Shown here: positions 1 through 11,601 of the stretch, in pieces
How the letters are laid out: each line of letters starts with the position of its first letter
Position numbering within the stretch: position 1 is the first letter of the stretch
DNA from: Basidiobolus meristosporus CBS 931.73
Taxonomy: Eukaryota > Fungi > Basidiobolomycota
Length of the DNA stretch: 64,000 nucleotides
Assembly (NCBI GenBank): GCA_002104905.1
Contig: MCFE01000033.1
Location: 150,923 to 214,922, forward strand
Direction of reading: 5' to 3'
Notes under the pieces: generated by a model
Databases searched by the model: none
Seen by the model: the letters and a program-made list of their open reading frames with translations, nothing else
What the model was told of the DNA's origin: nothing
Made by a program: the position numbers and the translations under genes

Positions 1-1196
1 AGACCGATTCAAGCAGCTCAAGGTTTGCCAAGAATTCGAGCCTCGAACACCTCCCCAACAGACTCTCACGCACATTGAATCTCATACAGTCCCTGTGTTT
101 CCGGCAAAACTTGATAGAGAAGATCGAATCCTTGGACGAACTTGTACAGCTGGAAGAACTCGATTTCTACGACAACCGACTCTCACGCATCGAGAACCTG
201 GAGACTCTTGTGAACCTGGAGTAAGAGCATCTCCTTCGACCCCCTTCCTGAAGCCTGTCGCTGAAACCCATTTGCTTTCAGAACGCTCGATTTGTCCTTC
301 AACGGCATCAAGCACATCAAGAATCTCGAGAACCTCACCAAGCTGGTAAACCTGTATTTCGTGAGCAACAAGATCGCAAAGATCCAAGGGCTGGATACTC
401 TTGTGAATGTCACCAACCTGGAGCTTGGCGCCAACCGGATTAGGGTATATGGGCAGGGTTTCGTCGCCACAGTGGATCACCCTTTGCTAACCCGTCAGAT
501 CAGACCATCGAAAACCTAGATTATCTAGTTAACCTGGAGCAGCTCTGGCTGGGTAAAAATAAGATCACCCAATTCCAGGTAACTGCGCCTGTGTCACTCC
601 GTTCAAACAAGCATCTGTGCTAATGATTGTCTCCGCTGCAGAATCTGGGCGCGCTACGAAACCTGAAGATCCTTAGTATTCAGAGCAATCGATTGACCAA
701 GATCGAAGGGTTGGAACAGCTGGTCAATTTGGAGGAGCTCTACCTGAGCCACAACGGGGTTGAAAAGATCGAGGGACTAGAGAACAATGTATGTATTCCA
801 ATACCCCCACTGTGTCGTTGATCTTTGGTAACCTTTCGTACTAGACGAAGCTTAGGGTTCTGGATGTGTCCAACAACCGAGTGAGTAAGCTGGAGAACCT
901 CTCACATCTGACGCAGCTCGAGGAATTCTGGGTAACAGCGAGCATTGAACACCCCGAAGCGGGCCCAAGCTAATGTCCAGTTGATCGATCTCTAGGCTAG
1001 CTACAATCAGATCTCCTCATTTGAGGACTTGGAGAGCTGCTTCCGCAACACCACCACCCTAACGACCGTTTATCTCGAGGGAAACCCTATGCACAGGGAA
1101 AATGCCGCCACTTACAGACTGAAGGTCAAGCTGGCGCTACCCAATCTTGAGCAGATCGACGCCACCCTTTGTAACACCTCCACCTCTCCCCGATAG
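1..1196 (+). CDS. SDS22: PP1 regulatory subunit Sds22 (leucine-rich repeat protein), multi-exon, 5' end outside window
   Basis: Spliced exons give SDS22-type LRRs (SLCFRQNLIEKIE, LDLSFNGIKHIKNL, LELGANRIR, LWLGKNKI, LSIQSNRLTKIEGL) and an LRR cap (YLEGNPMHRENAATYRLKVKLALPNLEQIDAT); stop TAG at 1194-1196. Confidence 0.92.
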
Positions 1197-1418
1197 ATAT
1201 GCAATGTATCAAGACATTAAACCATTAAACTGTTTTCATGCACTGAAATCAAATCAACATTTAGCCAAGATACGGGATCAATGAAAAAAAGTGTGCGTTT
1301 TTTTTTCACCGAAAATGGAGGAAAAATTTCCGCTCAGTTAGGCCAAGTGGTGGATTTTAAGCGTACTCTAGTTGCTCACGTTAGTTCGTTTTCCCCTTCT
1401 CTCGTTTATTCTCTCAAC

Positions 1419-1676
1419 ATGCATTTGATGTACTATCTCGGTTCCGACGGCAAGCGCGTCTACACCCTCAAGAAGACCACCCCCACCGGTGGAGTCACCA
1501 AATCTGCCCATCCTGGTAAGCAACCACTCTACACCCACCACCCACCTGCCGCTAGGTACTAACTTTCCCTTCCTACAGCCCGTTTCTCCCCTGACGACAA
1601 GTTCTCCCGTCACCGTGTCACCCTCAAGAAGCGTTTCGGCCTTCTCTTGACCCAGCATGCTGATTTCGAGTTGTAA
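1419..1676 (+). CDS. NOP10: H/ACA snoRNP subunit Nop10
   Basis: Two exons (intron 1516-1578): [19 protein letters not shown]...[30 protein letters not shown], the canonical Nop10 sequence. Confidence 0.97.
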
Positions 1677-2056
1677 ACGAGCTACCTCGTTGAATTTTTT
1701 TTACTGCGAGAGCACCGAGGGAGAGGATCACAACGTCCGCACGGGGGCTGATGGTTTATTCCTTGGCGTTATTTCGATATCAGGAATACTGAATTGAAAT
1801 TGTAAACTTTTTCCTCCCTTTGATCGATAGAGTACACCACACAATAAAGTACCAATTTTTTTTTGTTTCTGACAAATCCACCGGGTTCGTTCAAGTGGCG
1901 AGGTGAGATGGGCTGGGAAGGGATGCCAGTGAGGGGAGGGAGGAGAAGGGTAGTGTTGCGAAGGTGAAAAAGGGCACTCAAAAAATGGGAAAAATCGCTA
2001 CGGTGGCATCCATTAACCACCCATATCGCACCTGACCCCCTTCTCCTGCTTCACCA

Positions 2057-2776
2057 ATGTCATCCATCAAACCAACGTGGCTAGCTTATGATTGTTCGTA
2101 TATACTGGCAAATATCGGCTCCAAGGTTAGGGTCACGCTGAAGGAAGGGGGCATTGTCGAAGGAGGTCTTTTCAACCTTGACCCCAGCACGTACAGTTTA
2201 TTTCTGATACAAAAGGTAAGCCGCAACTTAGGTATTGTACTTTCGTGGGTGGTGGGAGTGGCTGATCTGGGCTGCTTTAGATTCCCGACGAGACGGCGGA
2301 GTCGAGCAAGGGGAAAGTGCTAGTGATCTTGGAACACGCGGTGGCAAACTTGGAAAGTACGGGGTAGATTTGGTGGTGGATACGCTGGACAAGAAGGGTT
2401 AACCGTTTTCTGCTTCAAAATAGTTTTGGAAGGAGAGACACTGTTTTCGTCTGACCAGCTGTCTTCTCTGCTTCTGGAGGAAGTTGCAAAGTATGACCTG
2501 GGCAGCTCAGAGCTGGAAAGAAGGAAGGCGATACTAATGGAGCATCTCAAAGAGGTACTCCCACTCTTCATTCACTCTTTCCAACCTCACAACCTCACAA
2601 CCTCAATATAATCCCTGTAGAGTCGAGTGCCCGCTATTACCACGCCTGAGGACCGGACCGTGCATATTATGGATAGCGCCCATGTGGACCCGCCCTATAT
2701 TTCTACTTCAGTCCGATGCGATAACGATGTAGTGAAACAGAGAGTCCAAAAGATACTCACTTTCATAGAGTACTAA
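2057..2776 (+). CDS. GEMIN6: Gemin6-like SMN-complex Sm-fold protein, multi-exon
   Basis: Sm-like N-terminus (KVRVTLKEGGIVEGGLFNLDP...LEHAV) and C-terminal ELERRKAILMEHL, DPPY and NDVVKQRVQKIL; same motif order as I recall for Gemin6 (HAV, LEERK, DPPY, RVQ). Confidence 0.75.
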
Positions 2777-2912
2777 ATGATCGATTGATCCCAAAGATTG
2801 ATCCCAAATAAACCTACCAATGATGAATTTTATTCCATAACACAAGCATACAAGCCTCCCTATTTACCCTTCGTCCCTGTTTCTTCGTTTTCCTTGCCCA
2901 CCCAAGCTTGAC

Positions 2913-4179
2913 ATGACATTGACAGCTATCTGGGAGCTGGGCTTTGGTTCCCGGCCCATTTTGCCCACCGACAACCGCACCTCCGAAGCGGACGTTCAGC
3001 ACGTAGAGAACGAAATCCTCACCTCCATTGGCTTCTACAACACCCCCAATGAGAGTAAAGGTAAGCCGGCACACGCCGTAAGCCACCCTCGCCGTATCGT
3101 ATTTGACTGAGTTCTCTAGAGCAGTATGAGAATATCTTCGGCCTCACCTCTGCGGTGACTTCTCTCGTGTTCAGCTCGTTTCTATCGTATCCCTTTATAT
3201 CGATCCGAAACAGACACCAAGTACAGTGCTAAATACGGCCACAATAACGCACCATTCCCCCTCCTAACGTATCTCTCCCAAGGTGTTCCCTACCAAATCC
3301 CCCACATCCAACCATCCCTTCCAGAATCTGTCCGTCCTGAAGGAGGTGATACGTAAAGAAGGGCTAAGATCTTTGTGGGTCGGTTATGGAGCAGGACTTC
3401 TCTGTCAGAGCGCCTTTGTTGTGTACGAGACGGGTTGCAACGTAGTGAGTGTCACAGGTAACCGACTCCGCAGTAAGAGCGATTTCCCTCGTCGGGTTTG
3501 GGACTTGGGCATGGCTAGGTAAATGATAGCGTACAGGCCAGGAATTTGCGAGGCGAAAACTCACCCATATTTATCAAGTGTCCACTTCCTCCTATACATC
3601 CCGCTCTATCCATTCTACCGCACTTCGGTGTTGTTGCGCTTGGGCGGATACGAGGCCAACCGGCTGACGAGCAAAAGCGAAGTCACCAGCATCAAGAGGT
3701 TGACGTTGGATTTCTGGGGGAGCTTGCTTCGCCCGCGCGTCGACAGGATACCATGGACCACTCTGACCAGCGCCTACATCCATCATTATATATTCGATTA
3801 CGTCCAGGCAGCATGTCACCTGAGATTCTGCCGTCTTCTCCTCTCGACCAAAAAATCCAACAAGCGAGAAACCATGCTGCACAGCTTCTTCCCGGAGTTG
3901 GTGTGTGTCGTTGGGAGTCATCTGCTGGCTAGACTGATCACCTACCCCATGGAGACCATCGTCTACTCCTTGATCGCCCAGGACGGTCGTCTCACGGATA
4001 CCAAATACACCAGTTTACTCCATTGCGCCCTCTCGATCTGGCGTGAGCGAGGATGGAGGGGGCTTTACTCGGGAATGAACGGGTTCTTTGTCGAAGCTTG
4101 CGTGAGTTGGACGGTCCTGGAGGGGACATATTACATCTACACCGCCACCGCCAACTTTCTGGATTGGGTTTATCGCTAG
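2913..4179 (+). CDS. SLC25A46: Mitochondrial outer-membrane carrier-like protein, SLC25A46/Ugo1 type, multi-exon
   Basis: Degenerate carrier repeats (LSYPFISIRNRHQ, EGLRSLWVGYG, FFPEL...LITYPMETIVYSL, RERGWRGLYSG) resembling SLC25A46. Confidence 0.75.
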
Positions 4180-4327
4180 ATCGTGTGCATTGCCCGTTAA
4201 TAAAAGAAATCGAATTTATTAATACGTCTAAATGGAATGTTTATGAAGTTGTTGCATGGGATGTGGGTGTGGGTGTGGGTGTAGGTGTAGGTGTAGGTGT
4301 GGATATGCAGTTGTGGGTGGGTGGTGA

Positions 4328-5206
4328 TCAGTCCATCTTCTCAGTGGCACCCAAGGTCTGTATATCTTTCACCGTGGCATAGCTGCGGTTATGGTACACG
4401 AGTGGAGCATCCCCAGCGTCCGAGGAGTTGTTTTCCACCTGAACCACTTCGCCCATCCAGACCTCATGATCACCCACGTTCAACACACGCTCCGTGGTGC
4501 AATGCAATGTAACGAGATTTCCGTTCAAAATTGGGTTCCCGTGGGGGCAGATACTGTGTGGGACCATTTCGAACGGATCCTTGGGAAGGTTTGGGGTGGA
4601 GAAGGCGCGGCTGCATCGGACTTGTTCGGTGCCAAGTATGTTGACCACGAACCTGTTGGACTCGTGGAGGGTCTTGGAGAAACGGGACGGTGGCTTGACG
4701 CAAAAGGAAATGATCGGTGGTTTCAACGAGACTGAGGTGAACGAGCTGAGGGTGATGCCGACTTTCTCCGAGGGGTTTTGCGGATGCGCCGTTGTAACTA
4801 CCACCACTACGGCGAGGTAAGAGGAGATCGGGGTTGGGTTAGGCCGGTGTCTTTCGGGAAGCGTGAAATAGGAATGGAAACTTGAGTTGAGCCTACCTGA
4901 AGATGCGAAATTGCGAAGAGCCAGACGAAGCTCTTGCGCTGTTGAATTGGTATCTAATAACAAGGGTTTCGGTTAATAGCCTGGTTTTGTAAAGTTTAGT
5001 ATCCATTACAAGCTGCTCTTGGCAAAGTTGAGGGGGTAGTGAGTCAACTTGCACATACCAGTGTTGGCATTCTGAAAACTGTTGGCAGCAGCCGTATGGA
5101 TCGGGTGACTCCTACAGGAAGGGCGAGGGTACAGTGAATTCAACCAGAACTTGTGTCGAGGTAGACACGGCCTAGAGAGGGCCACAACACGGGTGAAAAG
5201 CGGCAT
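4328..5206 (-). CDS. Flavin reductase-like FMN-binding protein with probable mitochondrial presequence, multi-exon
   Basis: Flavin_Reduct motifs VVVVTT, GITLSSFTSVSLKPP, FVVNIL, GDHEVWMGEV, PLVYHNRSY; basic/hydroxylated N-terminal exon at about 5060-5206. Confidence 0.88.
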
Positions 5207-5459
5207 AGGTTGTTGGGGAGGCCGTTGCTTGGGAGTATCTCAGTTCAATGTTCAAGGGAAATAATAAGGAGCCATCGAAGATTTTGCTCTCGGATAAATT
5301 GGAAAAGTCCCTTTTGATTTATGACCCCAGGCTGCGTGGATTATTATATCATTCAACGGATCGATTTGACGATTTATTACGGCCCTAATCTCCCATATTT
5401 CCATTGGAGACATGCTAATTCTGTGTTCATCTCACTAGTTTCCTATATTGCCCCTACAC

Positions 5460-6892
5460 ATGGCTAGTCTAGAGACAGCACTCTCCCGAGCAGCCACCGC
5501 ATATTATCAAGCAGGAGACTATCTATCCTCCCAAAAATGTTTACGTGAATTGTCGGCGTTACGTCAACACAAGGATGTCAAAGTGTTGCACAATTTAAAC
5601 TTGACTAACTATTTGTTGGAGAGCACAACCCCTTCCATCGCCAAAGTCACCACCTCTTTTCAAGCACTGATTACTACCCCAGGACCAGAAATCCCGACCG
5701 AAGGTGGTTTCTACGACTGGTGTAGAAAAAGAACCCTCGATCTGGCCGTAACCAGATACAATATTGCCGTGTTGACCTTTCAACAACGTCGGTTTGGTGA
5801 GTGTATTGAGCTGATCACCTCCATACTTCGGGAAACCGGAAATGGCTACTGGTTGAACACGGCCATACGGCAGAAGTTTTTGTGGCTCTTGGTGGATGCC
5901 TATTTGAATATTTCCCAAGGCGAGAAGGCCGAGATGATAGTGAAGGAAATCGAAAGACTCCTCTCGGAAGAGGAGCGAGCGTTGCCAGACAATGCGCCCA
6001 CGTCAGCCGAGTCAGGTGGCAGAGTTGAAGATTTATGGTTGGCGAAGCTCACTAACAACTCCAGCAAAGAGGCCCTCCTGGAAGGAGACCAAAAGCAAGC
6101 AAAGGAGATCTTATCGGCCATAACGCCCCTTGGAGAATCCGAGGCCCAAGGGCGAAAGGTCAAGTTAGCCTTTGATAACGCGAGGTATAGAGTCGCGCTG
6201 ACTCGGGCGTACATCTCCATATTGCAAGGGAATTACGACTCGGCTGGTGTGCAGTTGAATCGATTACTTCCCCGAAGCTTCGACGAAGACCAAAAGAGCG
6301 TCGACTACAACGACAACCAGCTGGAACGATATCTCACTGCTGCCTACCTGGCTACCAGGATAGAGTATGCGAAGGGGGACATGGCGCGGGCTGTGGATCT
6401 ATTGGAGACGTGTCGCATCATCCACGGCCGCATTCGGTGCCCGATAAAGGCGAAGAAGTTTCAGCTGTGCAGACAAAACAACCTTGGATGCATCGCTTTC
6501 TGCCAAGGGGAAGTCAAACTGGCACGAGGGTTATTCTCGGCCGTGCTGATTGAAATAGAGGATGCTCTCGAAAGCCATGAAGAGGAGTCGACTGGTTAGT
6601 GTCGTCACTGTCGTCATGGTGCAAAGATATACTCACGCATGATTGTTTAGTCCTCAAAAGGGATCTGGAATTCTCGCATGCAACCTACCTCCAAGCATTG
6701 CAGAACTTTACCCTGGCCAGCTTGATGTGTAACGAGCCGAAGCAAATCGATGAATGTTTTGAAAAGATTGCCCGCTCCAAAGTTTGTCCCAGAAACCCCA
6801 TGTTCTGGTTAAGATGTGCCGAGGGCCTGCTCTATTCCCATGCAGTTAAGGTAGGACCGATCACCGTCATGACTCAGAGGAGAGATCATTAA

Positions 6893-6932
<40 letters not shown>

Positions 6933-7158
6933 GCAGCAATCTATAGCCCATCGCGTTGTTGAGCTTGCCAGGGCGGCCAGCTATGTCGAAAACGCGCTGG
7001 TGTTACTGAATATGATGACAGAGGAGGAGATCAACCAAATCCAGAAATGCTCCGCCAATCTACGTCAATTCTCCATCGCAGCGCGAGCCTATTGTGCTTG
7101 GGAACTGGGAGACAAAGCCACAGCCAGAAATCACCTCAGCAAGCTAGATGAAGATTGA
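5460..7158 (+). CDS. CNOT10: CCR4-NOT subunit 10-like TPR protein (introns near 6595-6649 and 6851-6930; start uncertain)
   Basis: Motifs YNIAVLTFQQRRF, FLWLLVDAYL, NNLGCIAF and NPMFWLRCAE match CNOT10 motifs as I recall them; the TAG at 6597 lies inside a GTTAGT...TAG intron. Confidence 0.75.
6894..6929. repeat. (CA)n microsatellite in the last CNOT10 intron, directly upstream of the acceptor
   Basis: About 18 CA units read directly. Confidence 0.98.
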
Positions 7159-7170
7159 AAATGTAAATAC

Positions 7171-7340
7171 CAAGCTAATAATAAAGCAGCCTAGCACACA
7201 AGCTAATAATAAAGCAGCCTAGCACACATCTCCATGGAAGATAATCAGCATCTGATCTGGCCCATCCATCATGAGCAACCACCGAGTCAGTACTTTCGAT
7301 TGAATCCATCGTGAACAACCACCGAGTCAGTACTTTTGAT
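7171..7340. repeat. Two short tandem duplications (about 28 bp x2 and about 40 bp x2) downstream of CNOT10
   Basis: aagctaataataaagcagcctagcacac twice (7172-7227); caaccaccgagtcagtacttt(c/t)gattgaat twice (about 7277-7345). Confidence 0.9.
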
Positions 7341-7482
7341 TGAATAGGATTGATTAAACGGGTGGATTATGCGCGACGGAGTTTCGTATTGGCTGGAGCT
7401 CGGTTGGGTCCAATTTGGGGGTGATTCCCGAACCACTATTAAACGAGCCTCTACGCACCATTGATTCTTCACCTCGATTAAG

Positions 7483-7941
7483 ATGTCTCTTCGCGCCTTC
7501 TCCTCTTCCCTTTTCCGTAACTACACCGCTTCTGTTAGAGCCTCCCCTCTCTACAGAGCCGCATACTACTCTACTATCAAGAGATACACTGAAGACCACG
7601 AATGGGTCTCAGTTACCGATGGTGTTGGAACCGTCGGCGTCACTGACTACGCTCAAAAGGCCTTGGGAGACGTCGTCTTTGTAGATATCCCCGAGACCGG
7701 AGTCACCGTCGAGGCCAACGCTCAAATCGGCGCTGTCGAGTCGGTCAAGGCTGCCTCTGATATCTACTCTCCTCTTGCCGGAGAGATCGTCGAGTCCAAC
7801 AGCGCTTTGGACTCCAGCCCTGGTTTGATCAACACCTCCCCCGAGAATGAAGGCTGGATTTGCAAGATCAAGCTCGCCGATGCCTCTGAGTTGGATGGCT
7901 TGATGGACGAAGACGCCTACAAGACTCACTGCGAGCACTAA
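7483..7941 (+). CDS. GCV3: Glycine cleavage system H protein, mitochondrial
   Basis: YTEDHEWV, VGVTDYAQKALGDVVFV, lipoyl-lysine motif ESVKAASDIYSP, INTSPENEGW; presequence. Confidence 0.97.
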   Translation: MSLRAFSSSLFRNYTASVRASPLYRAAYYSTIKRYTEDHEWVSVTDGVGTVGVTDYAQKALGDVVFVDIPETGVTVEANAQIGAVESVKAASDIYSPLAGEIVESNSALDSSPGLINTSPENEGWICKIKLADASELDGLMDEDAYKTHCEH

Positions 7942-8028
7942 TCCGTATACAAATGCATTTACTCTCATCACAATAAACAGACCAATCTCCACTGCATGTT
8001 GTGACTTGTGAATTTCGTGGTTGGGGCT

Positions 8029-9334
8029 TTATTGTGGATTCTGGATGTAGCTAACAAACAACGGTATCCCACGGTCGGTGTGTATGACGAAGTAGAAAGG
8101 CCGGTTGCATTCGAATCGGAATGGCGGCGGTGGGAGGCAGAATGCCACCATAAGTATTGCGGTGGCCGCACTTGCCGTGGAGCCTGAGGAAAGGTTAGAG
8201 GGGCAGTCGCATATAAGAAAAAGAAACCCCACCAATACCTGTTTCGTCCACTTGAATTCTGCACTTGTGATGGATTTCTTTGACCTCAATAGGTAGCGCG
8301 GACAGCTCGTTCAACCCGGATACCGTTCTATCGAACACCTTCTTCACCCCGAATTGTTCAAGCCCTTCCTTTAGCTGGAAGCTTAGCTCCAGGTCGAACT
8401 TCGGAAGGACTACGCTTCCCTCACGGTCCATAGAGCGCTGTAAATAAACAAAGTCCCACTCCTCTTGAGTCATCATGGACTCAGCCTCCTGGAAAGTCAG
8501 CACCTCCCGAGGGAGCACTATGCTGGCAGAGAATTTCTCCTCATTATACGGTAGTCTAAGGACTTGATATTTCTCCGTCTCTTTGTATTCCCACTTCTTC
8601 CCGTCCGAGTGCATCATCGAAGTCTGCACCTTTTGGGTTTTACCGGTGGAGAATTCTCCGCTACGCGTGTGCACGGGATCGAACGACTTGGCCCAAGTGC
8701 CACGGAAGTATACGGAATTCAGCAGCATAACCGAGTTATGGGAGAAGCGCTTGTCGTCCTCAAAAAACTGCTTGAGGTGGCCGTTCGTCTTTCGCTCTAT
8801 CCAGTCGTTCACCTCCTTGCCGTTCTTTGGAACCGGGAACCCCTCGGCCTCGAAAAGCCTTTGGATTTTATCAGCATAGGAAGGTAGTACGTGGTTTCCC
8901 CAGAGGGAATTCCCCACGATAAACTCGGTATGTTCCTTATCCTCTGTGCCGCCCACACTCTGGCTAAGGTACTCTTTCAGAGAGGTGCTTATGACCGAGT
9001 TGAGCTGTGCTAGTTGTCCGCACTTGTCGCCCTCGATGCTGAAATATGCCAAAAGCTCGTCCCTACTCTCTGCTTGCTCCGAGGTACCGTTTAGCAATAA
9101 CAACAGGGCCAAGCTTATGGAGAGGGGTGAGTACAAAACGTTGCCTTCTTGGGCACTCAGATACTTGGAGAGTTTGGTGGAGATGCTGGTGACACTCTTG
9201 TAGAGCAAGGCATCTTGGTCGGATTCAAAATACATGGGAATAGGCGGGTTGGTGTTGAGCAAATTGCTTTCCCGGTGATTTATAGTGATATTGGGCCTGT
9301 GGCGTCGCCTTGCCCAGCTCTCCTTTCTAGGCAA
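8029..9334 (-). CDS. Serpin with inhibitory-type hinge, no evident signal peptide (intron 8184-8238; start at 9334 or 9235)
   Basis: NVLYSPLSISLAL, VNDWIERKTNG, LLNSVYFRGTW, LPKFDLE; spliced VDETGSTASAAT hinge; C-terminal FECNRPFYFVIH serpin signature. Confidence 0.93.
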
Positions 9335-9575
9335 TCATGTAACTCTATTGGTGACACAAAGACATCATCGAATAGTTCTCAAAATACATCAAATGGGCAG
9401 GACTAATTGGAAATGCAGCAACACCGCCCTTCCGGGTATGGGGAAGGGGGTTTGATTTGGTTTGGTGAAGGCTCATTTATTTCGCGCCAAGCCTTGGGAC
9501 CCACTGCCATATTCGAACATGATTACGAGCTTCGTTGCACTGCAGCATTCTAATGATGGGGGAAGAGGAGCCGGT

Positions 9576-11164
9576 TCACTTCTGCGAACATCCCGGGCAG
9601 TTATGCAGGATGTCGTGAACAAACAGATCGCACTCGATGCAGAAATGCTGATCGCACTTGGGACACCGGAAACGCGGGGTGATGTCCGACGGCGGGGACC
9701 CGTCAGTGGGCTCGTCCCGCTTGTTCTCGAAGGCTACCTGGCAAGCAAAGCAACAGGTGCTGGTGCAACTGGTTGGTGTGGCGGTGGGTTAATGGAAAGC
9801 ATGGTCGGAGACGATCACGATGGGGGAACTTACTGCTGTGTATCGACATCCACGAAATTATCTACCGGAAATAGATGATGGTACGAACGCGCCAAGTGTG
9901 GACTGGACACCAGCGTTAGGTTACACACGTCGCAATCAGTGGGCAACTCGCAGATCTTGGATTTGCATCGCGGACACACATACCCACCGAGCACTAGCTT
10001 CTGGTGGCTACACATCAATCAGTTACTGGGATGAAACGCTTGGCCAAGTGCCTCGTTCTACTCCAACCTTACCATACACAAAATGACGGGATGGACTCGA
10101 CTATCCGCGTGGGGAATCCCATCTTGACTAGATTCGAGGAACTCTTGGCGGCTGTGGTGGGTGGGGGTGGAATCGTCTCAAACATGATGTCTCGGTAATG
10201 GTTGTCGTTCATGGCGACCGCAAATTTGCCCCCGGTCTCCCTACATAGGGTCTTGAACACTTGGACCTCTGCGGACAACTGCACCATGGAGCACCGGATC
10301 TCCTCATCCTTCAGTAGCTGAATGGTTTCGTGGATGTTCCCGGGGTCGCAGGTCGTCAATGAGCCAAAGATCGCCAGGATTTCCCGTGATCCATGGGCGG
10401 GTACGTGGCTAGTAAAGGGGAGATTAGACATTGGCGTCAATCAAACTTGTCAAGCGGTGGTGCTCGAACCTGAGCGAGCTCCGCGCCATCTCGAGAGCAT
10501 TCTGCAGCGACGGCTCACCAATACAATCCTGATTGTTCTTGTTCCTTATGGCTCTGATGTGGTCCATGGGGTTACCTGCGTGTCGGAAGAATGTTTAGAA
10601 TGGCCATCATTGGGCAACATCGGGCACAAACGTACCGCTCAGCTCAGTTAGCTTCTCGGCAATTCCATCTCGAGTGATAATCAGTCCCAATTGACTGATA
10701 GGGTTCTGATCAAAATACTCCAAAACGAACGCTTCCACATAATTCACCGTAAGGCCTAGCCTGTGTGGGCGATAATCCTTCTCCATCATGTCCGCCGACA
10801 TGTCCAAGATCAAGTACAAGTGGCGAATAATCCCACGGCGGATGGTCGATGTATCGCGTAAGAGGCTAGGTGGAGGGGAACAAAGAAGGATTAAAACCAA
10901 ATCGCAAATTACGAAACTGGATCCTCAGGCCCAAACGTATCCACAGCGTTGATGGTGCCACTTCGGAGAAGGAAACACTCACCGTCGACGCTTTTGTTGT
11001 TGTAGATTGGCGACCACGCTTCGTAGCGAGCCTTGCTCGTCTTCCTGAACCACATCCCAACTTCTTTTGTACTCTTCTTCCCAGGCGTAGCCTAAATTAT
11101 TGTTGTTGGCATCATCGTCATCTTCCACTTCGTGTATTTTTGGGGGTTTGGTAGCTTGTGACAT
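9576..11164 (-). CDS. SSL1: TFIIH subunit Ssl1/p44, multi-exon
   Basis: [49 protein letters not shown]...[10 protein letters not shown]4 zinc finger, C-terminal RING-like [26 protein letters not shown]. Confidence 0.96.
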
Positions 11165-11601
11165 GCTCTTTGAATGGAGGGAGTTTGCTTTCTATGACTC
11201 GCCTCAATCAACTGGCCATACTCCAACCCGGAGCATATAAATTATTTATGGAGCAGATTTATCTACTTCGTATCACATGACCCCTCAGTTGTGCACTCTG
11301 CCTGTTGAGGGTGAAGGGCAACAAGTGAAAAGGCCCAATTAATCCTAGCCATACCCCTATTTCCCACCGAAATCATCGTATTCTCCCTTGAGCAGCAATC
11401 AGCAATCAGTAATCGAGCAACAAAAAAAAACCAACCTTCCTGATGGTTTGGTCAATGCCAAATGCTGATTGTTTTTTTTCCAATCAGTCACCAGCTGGGC
11501 CGTAGTAAGTGGTATACTGACTCGGTGACCTGCGGACAGAACTAGTCGTCTTGATTCATTAAAGCTCCCCCCTTCCTCGGGTTCAACAAGACAGGTCAAA
11601 A

